A DNA stretch of 64,000 bases from contig NW_013657654.1 in the NCBI RefSeq assembly GCF_000142905.1, forward strand, positions 186,001 to 250,000, given 5' to 3'. Position 1 is the first letter of the stretch. Each line of letters begins with the position of its first letter. Of the stretch, positions 55,272 through 64,000 are shown piece by piece. Below the pieces are notes generated by a model, which saw only the letters and a list, made by a program, of their open reading frames with translations, did not search any database and was not told the origin of the DNA. Source of the stretch: Thecamonas trahens ATCC 50062. Its lineage: Eukaryota; Protista; Apusomonadida. A program made the translations under genes and the position numbers.

Positions 55272-58200
55272 ATGGGTACGCTCCTGTTGCTGAAAGCCTT
55301 CCCTTCATGTACCGCGCCCCCCCGCTCCTTCCACGCCCTTCCCTACATCCCCTACCGCCCGCTGCGGCCGAACTCACGACCTGCCCCCGCGCCCGTCATT
55401 TTGCGCGCCAAAACGCCGAACCTTCCGACCGCAGACGACAACATCCGTGTGTGCGTCAGAGTCCGTCCGCCGGTGGATCGCGAGCTCAAGGGCGGGTATC
55501 GCAAGTGCGTGAGCGTTGACCCGTCGAGTAACTCGCTGGTGCTCGAGCGGCCAGACCGCAAGTCATTCACTTTTGACTACGTGGCCGACGAGGAGACGAC
55601 GCAGGATGCAGTGTTCATGCGGCTGGGCAAGGACATCTGCGAGTCGTGCCTCGAGGGCTACAACGGAACCATCTTTGCGTACGGCCAGACTGGCTCCGGA
55701 AAGACGTACACCATGCAGGGTCCGTCAGCAACCGAGGTGGCCACTGCCCCGCCGTCGGCCCGCGGCCTCATCCCGCGCATGTTTGAGCACATCTTTGCCC
55801 TCATCGCCCGCGAGGAGAAGCGGACCGGCGGAGCCCGCGAGTTCCTCTGCAAGGCCTCGTACCTCGAGATCTACAATGAGCGCATCTTTGACCTTCTCGA
55901 CTCGGCGCCAGCCTCGGCCGGCCTCAACCTTCGCGAGGACATCAAGAAGGGTCCGTTCGTCGAGTCGCTCATGGAGCGGGTCATCGCTTCGCCAGCCGAT
56001 GCGCTCGAGGTCCTCGACGAAGGCGCTCTCAACCGAACGGTGGGTGCGACCGAGATGAACCGCGAGTCGTCGCGCTCGCACTCGGTCTTCACCCTTGTCA
56101 TCCAGTCGAAGGAGTCGGTCGACGGTGTGCTCCAGATCCGCAAGTCACAGCTCAACCTTGTTGACCTCGCCGGTTCGGAGCGCCAGAAGCTGACCAACGC
56201 CGCCGACGCCCGTCTCAAGGAAGCTTCCAACATCAACAAGTCGCTCTCGGCGCTCGGCAACGTCATCATGGCGCTCGTCGACATCCAGAAGGGCAAGACG
56301 CGCCACATCGCGTACCGTGACTCCAAGCTCACCTTCCTCCTCAAGGACTCGCTCGGCGGCAACACCAAGACCGCCATTATTGCCAATGTCTCGCCTGCTG
56401 ACAGCTCATTTGGCGAGACGCTCTCGACCCTCAAGTTTGCGCAGCGTGCCAAGATGATCACGAACAAGGTTGTCATCAACGAGGACATGGACGGCAACGT
56501 CGCCGCCCTCCAGGACCAGATCCGCTCGCTCAAGACCCAGCTTGAGGCGTACAAGTCTGGCTCGGGTGCGGGGCTGCTTGCACTCGGCTCTGTCGACGAG
56601 CTCGACCTCAACGCTCCGCAGGATGCCACCGCCGAGCAGCAGCTCATGCACCTGCAGCTTGTTGTTGCCCAGCACATCCAGGACAAGCGCAAGCTCATGG
56701 ACGACGCCAAGCGGTTCAAGCAGCGCCTCAATGCTCTCAATCTGCTCATTTCCAAGCAGTCGCTCACCATCCAGGCTACCAAGCTCATTGTCAAGCTCCG
56801 CGACGACGCAATCTCACGTGCCGGCGCTGCAGATGCATCTCAGTGCTCGGACGATGAGCGCATTCATGCTCTCGCCGCAGAGCTCGACGCTGTCCGCAAG
56901 CTCGTCGACCACAACCCCAAGCTCACTCAGATTGCCATCGAGAACCTCGACCTCCGCGACCTGCTCACCGAGTACCAGGACAAGTGGGGCGACGACTATG
57001 CCGCCAACCAGACAAACCTGGTCAAGCTCCACCAGTACATCCAGGGCCTCGACTTTCAGATGGAGCGCCTCATCCTTGAGAAGGAGGCGCTGACCAAGAA
57101 GATTTCCGACCTCGAGGACACCGTCCGCGCCGCTCCCGGTGCCTCGCCGTCGCGCCGTGCCGCTCCTGGCTCGCCGTTTGTCGATCCGACTGCCGTCGCC
57201 TCGCCCAAGCCCTCCGCCAACCTCGCCCTCGAGCAGTGGAAGCTCTCTATGGCCTTTGAGGACCAGATCTCCGAGCTCAAGGCCCAGCTCGCAAACGCCA
57301 CCAATGCCGCCGAGGAGGGCAAGGCCTCGGCTGCCGAGCGCATCTCCGAGCTTGAGGCTGCGCTTGCCGCCGAAAAGGCGACCGTGGCTGAGATGGAGAC
57401 CTCGCTTGCGTCGGCTGCTACCGCCCACAAGCTTCAGCTCCAGTCTCTTCAGGCCCAGCTGGCCGAGTCGCCCGACGCCGACTCGCTCAACGATCTTCTC
57501 TCCGCCAACGCCGAGCTCGAGGCTAAGGTTGCTGCTCTTGAGGCCACGAACCGCGAGCTGACCAAGGCCCATGCCATTGCTTCGTCCAAAAACCAGCGGC
57601 TCTCGCTCTCGCTCAACCGCAAGCTCTCGGTCGACGGCGAGGAGGCGGCCGTTCTTAAGAACAAGGTTGCCGAGCTCGAGTCCAAGCTCTCGGCCGCCTC
57701 GCAGCGCGAGCTTGAGGCTACGACCTCGGCCGAGCTCTACGCCGAACGCATTCAGAGCCTGCAGGCCGAACTTGAGGCTGCTGCCGCCTCGGCCACCGCC
57801 CTCAAGGACGCCGAAGCTACCGCCCAGGCTGCCGCGCTCTCGGCCGAGTCGGCCCGTGCTACCGCTGAGCGGCAGCTCGAGTCTGTCAACTCGGCCCTCG
57901 CCGAGGCCAGCGACAAGCTGGAGACTGCCGAGGAGGAGCTCGAGTTTGTGCAGGACATGCAGCATGCTGCCCAGGCTGCGGTCACCAAGGGCGAGGCCCG
58001 CATTGCAGAGCTCACCGCCGAAGCCGCCACCGCTACCAAGGCTCTTGCCGCCGCCAATGCCTCCATTGACGAGCTCCGCTCGCAGCTCGCTGCCAAGGAC
58101 TCGGACGCCGGTGCCGCCATCAAGGCCCAGCTCGACGAGGTTGTTGCCCAGCGCGATGCCGAGGCCAAGGCTGCCGCCGCTCTTCGCGTTCAGGTGGAGA

Positions 58201-60311
58201 ACTACTGCGTTGAGCTGGAGCACAAGGAGGCTGCGTACGAGTCTCTCTTCACCGAGCACGAGGCCTCGCTGAACCAGGTTGAGCTCCTCCGAACCAACGT
58301 GAGCGAGCTCCGCGCAAGCGCTGCAGCGTCGACCTCGCAGATTTCCGAGCTCAAGGCCCATGCTGAGGAGACTCGTCTTACTCTTGACATGTTCCAGGAT
58401 GCCAACGCCAAGCTCGAGGCTACCGTCGACGAGCTTACTGCTGCCTCGACCGCCGCCGCCGCCGCCGCCGCCGCCACCGAGGCCCAGCACGAGGCCACCG
58501 TCGACGAGCTCATGGAAGAGATCAAGAGCCTCTCGGCGTCTCTCAAGGCCGAGAAGTCTGCCGCCGCCGAAGCCGCGTCGTCGGCCATGGCACTCCAGGC
58601 CGCGCTCCAAGAAACTGCCGAGCAGTACCGCGATCAGGCCGAGTCAGCCGCCGACGCCGTTGCCACGCTCGAGGCTTCGCTCGAGGCTGCTCTTGCTCGC
58701 GAGACTGCCGTCCTCGAGACTGTTGCCGAGCTCGAGGACAAGCTCACAACCGCCGAGTCTACTGCTTCCGACGCCGCCGCTGCCACCCAGGCTGCGCTCA
58801 AGCGTGCGCTCGAAGCTGAGGAGCGGCTGGCCAACACGGTCGCCTCCCTCGAGACTGGCGAAGAGGCTGCGGCCATGGCCTCCGAGGAGCTGGCTGCTGC
58901 GCGCTCGTCGCACGCAGCCGCCATCGACCTGCTCAACGCCCAGCTCACCTCACAGTCGTCGCTCAACGAGGCGCTCACCGCCGAGCTGCACGAGGCCCGC
59001 GGCGAGCTCGCCACCACCTCCGCTGAGCTCGAGTCTGTCAAGGCTACTACCGCCAACCTGGCCAACATCCGCGACGAGTACTGCGAGCTGCAGCAGCAGT
59101 TTGAGTCGACACGGGTAGCCAAGAACGAGACCATTGCCTCGCTGGAGGCCAAGCTTGCAGAGCTTGCAGAGCTTCCCGAGCTCGTGGAGGATCTTCGCGA
59201 CGACGTGGCCGACGCTGAAGCTGCGCGCAACGCACTTGAAGATGCGCTTGCCATTGCGCAGGACGAGTCGGACGCCGCGCTGACGCTGGCAGAAGAGCGG
59301 GTGGCCAAGCTCACGCAACAGCTCACGACGGCGCGCGAGGACGTTGCCCGCGCTGAAGTCCAGGCCGCGCGCGACGCTTCGCTAATCAAGGATCTCAAGA
59401 AAAACCTCAAGAAGGCCATTGCCGACGGCGAGCGCCTCTTTGCTGATCTCCGTCGCCTCAAGGATCTCGAGGAGGACTCGTTCCGCGAGGCCATCGAGTA
59501 CAAGGCCCAGATCGAGCACCTGTCCGAGGAGAAGATCCGCATGTCCAAGGAGATTTCCGAAGCTGCGGGCCAAATCGCCACCCTCAACGACGAGGTGACC
59601 AAGCTCACTGGCCACCACAACCACAAGCAGAAGATCCAGCACCACGTCAAGATCAAGGAAGAGAACAACGCGCTCAAGCAGCAGCTCGCGTCGCTCACCG
59701 ACGAGCTTGACGACCTCAAGCGGGTCACCGCCTCGTACCGTGTCCAGCTTAACTCGTACCGCGCCGAGGAGGGCAAGGAACCGCTCAATGAGACCTCGTT
59801 CAACCTCACCTTTGACCCCGAGCAGCAGCAGATTCACGATGCGCTTGTCGCCAAGAACGCAGAGCTCACCACCCAGCTCAACTCGATGCTCACCATGTCG
59901 GAGCAAATGCAGGAGCTGGAGCGCCAGATCGAGAACAAGAACTTTGAGATCAGGATGCTGCAGCAGGCGACCGACTTCCAGGTTCTCAAGGACCAGTCGC
60001 TCGCGCTGCTCGAGGACGACGACGCCGCCGAAGACGACGATGCCGCCGACAAGCCGAGCGCTGCCGGGGGCGACGCCTCGCTCCTCGCCTCGCCCATCCT
60101 CTCAGCTTCTGGTGTCCATCCGGTCGCTGACGAGAACGCCTCGCCAGCCTCGCCGGCCTTTGCCTCGTTTGCCGCAAAGTCGGCGGCGCTCAACAACTCG
60201 CGCCGGCTCTCGGGCCTCTCGGCCATCGACGACATGTCGTTCATCTCCAACGCGTCGTCGGTCGACAATACCTCGATCACGACTGAGGATGTGCTTTCGT
60301 TTGAGGAGTAG
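55272..60311 (+). CDS. KIF15: Kinesin-12 (KIF15-like) motor protein; probable intron 55276-55434
   Basis: NIRVCVRVRP, GYNGTIFAYGQTGSGKTYTM, SYLEIYNE, MNRESSRSHSVF, LVDLAGSER, YRDSKLTFLLKDSLGGN. Long coiled coil and C-terminal LTGHHNHKQKIQHHVKIKEEN (KIF15/HMMR C-terminal motif). Confidence 0.9.
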   Translation: MGTLLLLKAFPSCTAPPRSFHALPYIPYRPLRPNSRPAPAPVILRAKTPNLPTADDNIRVCVRVRPPVDRELKGGYRKCVSVDPSSNSLVLERPDRKSFTFDYVADEETTQDAVFMRLGKDICESCLEGYNGTIFAYGQTGSGKTYTMQGPSATEVATAPPSARGLIPRMFEHIFALIAREEKRTGGAREFLCKASYLEIYNERIFDLLDSAPASAGLNLREDIKKGPFVESLMERVIASPADALEVLDEGALNRTVGATEMNRESSRSHSVFTLVIQSKESVDGVLQIRKSQLNLVDLAGSERQKLTNAADARLKEASNINKSLSALGNVIMALVDIQKGKTRHIAYRDSKLTFLLKDSLGGNTKTAIIANVSPADSSFGETLSTLKFAQRAKMITNKVVINEDMDGNVAALQDQIRSLKTQLEAYKSGSGAGLLALGSVDELDLNAPQDATAEQQLMHLQLVVAQHIQDKRKLMDDAKRFKQRLNALNLLISKQSLTIQATKLIVKLRDDAISRAGAADASQCSDDERIHALAAELDAVRKLVDHNPKLTQIAIENLDLRDLLTEYQDKWGDDYAANQTNLVKLHQYIQGLDFQMERLILEKEALTKKISDLEDTVRAAPGASPSRRAAPGSPFVDPTAVASPKPSANLALEQWKLSMAFEDQISELKAQLANATNAAEEGKASAAERISELEAALAAEKATVAEMETSLASAATAHKLQLQSLQAQLAESPDADSLNDLLSANAELEAKVAALEATNRELTKAHAIASSKNQRLSLSLNRKLSVDGEEAAVLKNKVAELESKLSAASQRELEATTSAELYAERIQSLQAELEAAAASATALKDAEATAQAAALSAESARATAERQLESVNSALAEASDKLETAEEELEFVQDMQHAAQAAVTKGEARIAELTAEAATATKALAAANASIDELRSQLAAKDSDAGAAIKAQLDEVVAQRDAEAKAAAALRVQVENYCVELEHKEAAYESLFTEHEASLNQVELLRTNVSELRASAAASTSQISELKAHAEETRLTLDMFQDANAKLEATVDELTAASTAAAAAAAATEAQHEATVDELMEEIKSLSASLKAEKSAAAEAASSAMALQAALQETAEQYRDQAESAADAVATLEASLEAALARETAVLETVAELEDKLTTAESTASDAAAATQAALKRALEAEERLANTVASLETGEEAAAMASEELAAARSSHAAAIDLLNAQLTSQSSLNEALTAELHEARGELATTSAELESVKATTANLANIRDEYCELQQQFESTRVAKNETIASLEAKLAELAELPELVEDLRDDVADAEAARNALEDALAIAQDESDAALTLAEERVAKLTQQLTTAREDVARAEVQAARDASLIKDLKKNLKKAIADGERLFADLRRLKDLEEDSFREAIEYKAQIEHLSEEKIRMSKEISEAAGQIATLNDEVTKLTGHHNHKQKIQHHVKIKEENNALKQQLASLTDELDDLKRVTASYRVQLNSYRAEEGKEPLNETSFNLTFDPEQQQIHDALVAKNAELTTQLNSMLTMSEQMQELERQIENKNFEIRMLQQATDFQVLKDQSLALLEDDDAAEDDDAADKPSAAGGDASLLASPILSASGVHPVADENASPASPAFASFAAKSAALNNSRRLSGLSAIDDMSFISNASSVDNTSITTEDVLSFEE

Positions 60312-60393
60312 GCGTTTGAGAGTAAAGACTCCGTGTAACCTGGCACACACAAAGCTCGGGCTATTTACTCGTTGTTTTCTTGCCAGTGCTAAC

Positions 60394-61716
60394 TTACGCC
60401 TTGGTCGACGGAGCAAAGACACCGAGGTCGTACTTGTCGCCGTGCTTGGCAAGATGGACGCGGAGCTCGGCCTCCTGCGCGACGAGGTCGGGAGTGAGCT
60501 CGTCGTAGACGTCGGTGAAGACCTCGTCGAGCGAGGGCTTCTTGTCGGCGAGAGCCTTGCGCATGGCGGTCATGAGGTCTGCAAAGAGCGAGTCCTGCAG
60601 TTCCTTGTCCTCGTCGTCGGACCACCAGCCGCGCTCGACAATGTACGAGCGGAGGCGCGGGATGGGCGCAACCTGGGCCCACTTGTCGCGCTCGCCGTCG
60701 GGCCGGTAGCGCGACGAGTCGTCGGACGACGAGTGGTCGCCGATGCGGAACGACATGGCCTCGATGAGGACTGGGCGCGACTCCTCAATGGCAAGGGTGC
60801 GGGCGCGGGCAACAGCCTCGTAGACGGCAAACACGTCGTTGCCGTCGACCCGGATGGTGGGGATGCCGTAGCCCGGGCCGCGCGACGCGATACCGTCGCC
60901 GCGGTACTGCTCCTTGGTCGGGGTGGAGATGGCGTACCCGTTGTTGCGGCAGAAGAAAAGGGCGGGGCACTCGAGGGTGGCGGCAAAGTTGAGCGCGGCG
61001 TGGAAGTCGCCCTCAGACGCGGCGCCGTCGCCAAAGTACGTCATGGCCACAGCGTCCTTGCCGGAGCGCTTGAGCGCGTAGGCGGCGCCGGCGGCCTGCG
61101 GAATCTGGGTGGCGAGCGGCGAGGAGATGGTCTGGAAGTTGAGCGCCTTGGAGCCGTAGTGGACCGGCATCTGGCGGCCCTTGCCGCCGTCAGCCTGGGT
61201 GGAGAAGCACTGCGCCATAGTCTCGTCGAGCGAGAAACCGCGCCAGAGAAGGACGCCCGACTCGCGGTACTGAGCGTAGACGACGTCGTCGCCGGTGAGG
61301 GCGGCGGCCGAGCCGACGTGGGTCGCTTCCTCGCCATACGAGGTCATGATGAACGAGACCGCACCCTGGCGCTGCTTCTTGGCCATGAACGTGTCCATGA
61401 TCTGCGTCGTGTTCATCACCTTGTACATCTTGAGCAGCAGCTCCTTGTCCTCGGCAATGGCCGGCCGCTGGTCGTCGGCCACCGCAAACTTGCCGTCGGG
61501 GCCCATGAGCTGGAACATGGGGAACGCCGTCTCCGGGTCCACAAACTCAAACTCGGTGGTGAACGACGCCTCCTCCGCGCCGGGGTAGCCCACCCCGGCC
61601 GCGGGGGGCACGCCCGTCGAGAGCGCAGCAGTACGGGCGCCCGCAGCGCCGGGCGCGGCAACAGCCCGCAGCGCAGCACGGGCGACAGCGGGTGCGAGGG
61701 CAGGGAGTCGGAACAT
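60394..61716 (-). CDS. BCKDHA: Branched-chain 2-oxoacid dehydrogenase E1 alpha subunit, mitochondrial
   Basis: QRQGAVSFIMTSYGEEATHVGSAAAL, YAQYRESG, KGRQMPVHYGS, ISSPLATQIPQAAG, YFGDGAASEGDFHA, CRNNGYAISTP, RVDGND, RIGDHSSSDDSSRYR. Confidence 0.95.
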   Translation of the reverse strand: MFRLPALAPAVARAALRAVAAPGAAGARTAALSTGVPPAAGVGYPGAEEASFTTEFEFVDPETAFPMFQLMGPDGKFAVADDQRPAIAEDKELLLKMYKVMNTTQIMDTFMAKKQRQGAVSFIMTSYGEEATHVGSAAALTGDDVVYAQYRESGVLLWRGFSLDETMAQCFSTQADGGKGRQMPVHYGSKALNFQTISSPLATQIPQAAGAAYALKRSGKDAVAMTYFGDGAASEGDFHAALNFAATLECPALFFCRNNGYAISTPTKEQYRGDGIASRGPGYGIPTIRVDGNDVFAVYEAVARARTLAIEESRPVLIEAMSFRIGDHSSSDDSSRYRPDGERDKWAQVAPIPRLRSYIVERGWWSDDEDKELQDSLFADLMTAMRKALADKKPSLDEVFTDVYDELTPDLVAQEAELRVHLAKHGDKYDLGVFAPSTKA

Positions 61717-61820
61717 GTGGGTGTGCTGGAGTGGGGGGGGGGGGAAGGGGTTGTACCATCGTCTATTATTCGGATAAAGCTTGGGCTCGAGGGCTTGACG
61801 GCGGGTCACTGCATGGGGCA

Positions 61821-62930
61821 CTACTCCTGCTCGGCAGCGCCCGGCTGGATCTTGAGCGAAAAGTCGACAACGCCGACGCCCTGGTGCAGCGACGAGGTGG
61901 AGATGATGTCGATGGCGTCGCAAAAATAGCCGTCCACGGTGTCGAGGCGGACGCCGCCCGAGGCCTCAAGGAGGAACTTTTGGGCCGAGCCGGCAAAGTC
62001 GGCCTTGAGTCTTGCAGCGACAGCCTTGAGCTCTGTCGGCTCAAAGTTATCGAGCATGATGACGTCTGCGCCGGCGTTGATGGCCTCGGCAGCGTCGTCG
62101 TAGCTCGAGGTCTCGACTTCGATCTTGACTGAGAAGCCAGCCACGCTGCGGCAGGTCTCGACGGCGGCGGTGATGGAGCCGGTAGCCCAGATGTGGTTGT
62201 CCTTGAGCATGACCATCGACGAGAGATCAGTCCGGTGGGTGTCAACGCCGCCGACGAGCATGCCGTACTTTTCGACATCGCGGAAGCCCGGCGTGGTCTT
62301 GCGAGTCCCGGCGACGGTGCCGCCAAAGCCGGCAGCGGCGGCCTTGTCGGCAAAAGCCCGCGCCGCAGTGGCGATGCCGGAGCACCGCGCCAGCACGTTG
62401 AGCACCGTCCGCTCGGCCTGCAGCACCCGATGGGTCGGCCCGGTGACAACCGCGACCACCACCTTGCCCTCACCATCAAACATGGCGCCATCGGCGTACG
62501 CCCACTCGGCCGAGCACCCCAGCCGCGCCAGTACGGCGTCAGCAAATGGCACGCCCGCCAGCACGCCCGCTGACTTGACCAGCAGGTGCGCCACCGCCGG
62601 CCGCGAGCCCACCACGAAGCCGCCGTAGTCGGTGGATGGGATCTGCCGCACCACGCCACGCCCGCCACGCCCGTCGCGTCCACCGCGCCCATCATGTCCA
62701 TCACGCCCATCACGCCCCGCCATGCCCGCCACGCCCGTGAGACCCTTTTCCCCCTGCCACCCTCCTCCCCAAGGGGCCGGTCATGGAACATAGCTTCCAC
62801 GCCAGACCACACCACCTCATCCCCATCACACGCCCTCACAGCCACGTACATCCTCGTCAAGCCAGGCATCCACCAGCGCATCCAGTCGGGGCGGCAGGAA
62901 GCACGCGTAGTCTCTGGGCTGGTTCTCCAT
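61821..62930 (-). CDS. QPRT: Nicotinate-nucleotide pyrophosphorylase (quinolinate phosphoribosyltransferase); intron 62643-62849
   Basis: Exon1 MENQ..AWLDED|GTACGT..CAG|[12 protein letters not shown]. Motifs [51 protein letters not shown]. Confidence 0.93.
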
Positions 62931-63086
62931 GGTACAGGGGCTGCGGAGGGGAGGGGAGGCGAGGGGAGAGGGAGTGGGGTGACCGCCACCCGCCGCACGA
63001 CCAAAGGTCGACCACCCGCCACCCGCCACCCGCCACACGACATCTCGCCAACCAGTCACTGGCCACCCGCTACCCTCCCCCCCCCC

Positions 63087-63770
63087 NNNNNNNNNNNNNN
63101 NNNNNNNNNNNNNNNNNNNNNNNNNNNNNNNNNNNNNNNNNNNNNNNNNNNNNNNNNNNNNNNNNNNNNNNNNNNNNNNNNNNNNNNNNNNNNNNNNNNN
63201 NNNNNNNNNNNNNNNNNNNNNNNNNNNNNNNNNNNNNNNNNNNNNNNNNNNNNNNNNNNNNNNNNNNNNNNNNNNNNNNNNNNNNNNNNNNNNNNNNNNN
63301 NNNNNNNNNNNNNNNNNNNNNNNNNNNNNNNNNNNNNNNNNNNNNNNNNNNNNNNNNNNNNNNNNNNNNNNNNNNNNNNNNNNNNNNNNNNNNNNNNNNN
63401 NNNNNNNNNNNNNNNNNNNNNNNNNNNNNNNNNNNNNNNNNNNNNNNNNNNNNNNNNNNNNNNNNNNNNNNNNNNNNNNNNNNNNNNNNNNNNNNNNNNN
63501 NNNNNNNNNNNNNNNNNNNNNNNNNNNNNNNNNNNNNNNNNNNNNNNNNNNNNNNNNNNNNNNNNNNNNNNNNNNNNNNNNNNNNNNNNNNNNNNNNNNN
63601 NNNNNNNNNNNNNNNNNNNNNNNNNNNNNNNNNNNNNNNNNNNNNNNNNNNNNNNNNNNNNNNNNNNNNNNNNNNNNNNNNNNNNNNNNNNNNNNNNNNN
63701 NNNNNNNNNNNNNNNNNNNNNNNNNNNNNNNNNNNNNNNNNNNNNNNNNNNNNNNNNNNNNNNNNNNNNN
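63087..63770. other. Assembly gap (N run)
   Basis: N run in sequence. Confidence 1.
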
Positions 63771-64000
63771 AACCCGTAACCGACCTACGGTCCGGACCCG
63801 ACCCGTACCCCTACCCCCCCCCCCCCACCCCCACCACACACACACGCGCGCACACACACGCACCCATCGCCGCGCGCCACGGATGCGGCTACGTGGACAG
63901 ATACTATTCTACTCTACTGATCGTGGCTCTGCTGGAGCATCAGCAGCTGCCGGCCAAGATCAGACACGTCGTCGATGGCCGAGTCGCGCGCTTCGCACCA

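Noticed and set aside
453-61929. Many long antisense/overlapping ORFs (e.g. 453-1841, 11549-13159, 56814-58610, 59707-61929)
   Set aside because: Shadow ORFs expected from high GC and codon bias opposite clearly conserved genes; they carry no independent motifs.
63883-64000. Start of a further + strand gene at the window edge
   Set aside because: Too short and frame-ambiguous to support.

Overview
This is GC-rich, gene-dense, intron-poor nuclear DNA from a unicellular eukaryote. It has short GT(ACG)..CAG introns near gene 5' ends, C/G-rich tracts upstream of start codons and two N gaps. The style would fit an apusomonad such as Thecamonas, but that is an unverified inference. About 22 protein-coding genes are supportable. 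Housekeeping genes: an aldo-keto reductase, RPL35, GOT2, a probably mitochondrial TOP2, a NEK kinase, a TBC RabGAP, an ABCA transporter, gamma-tubulin, a KIF15-like kinesin, BCKDHA and QPRT. Unusual architectures: a zf-PARP+SAP mini-protein, two giant surface proteins sharing a Cys-rich+multi-TM module, a Pil1-like BAR-NPF-SH3 protein, a WGR-SMI1/KNR4 protein, and a solute-binding-protein receptor kinase. The most striking accessory block is 25.8-31.2 kb. It holds an internally deleted piggyBac element flanked by TTAA, then a ~150-170 bp tandemly duplicated non-coding element split by a second AGGG-TTAA end, then an intronless Cas4/RecB-like nuclease-RNaseH-like-SF1B helicase gene. An 83-nt near-perfect palindrome next to a very AT-rich island lies at 54.4-54.6 kb. 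About 13 ORF breaks are all repaired by adding one base to a homopolymer run, most likely sequencing error. All family calls come from motif recognition by eye; no searches were run.
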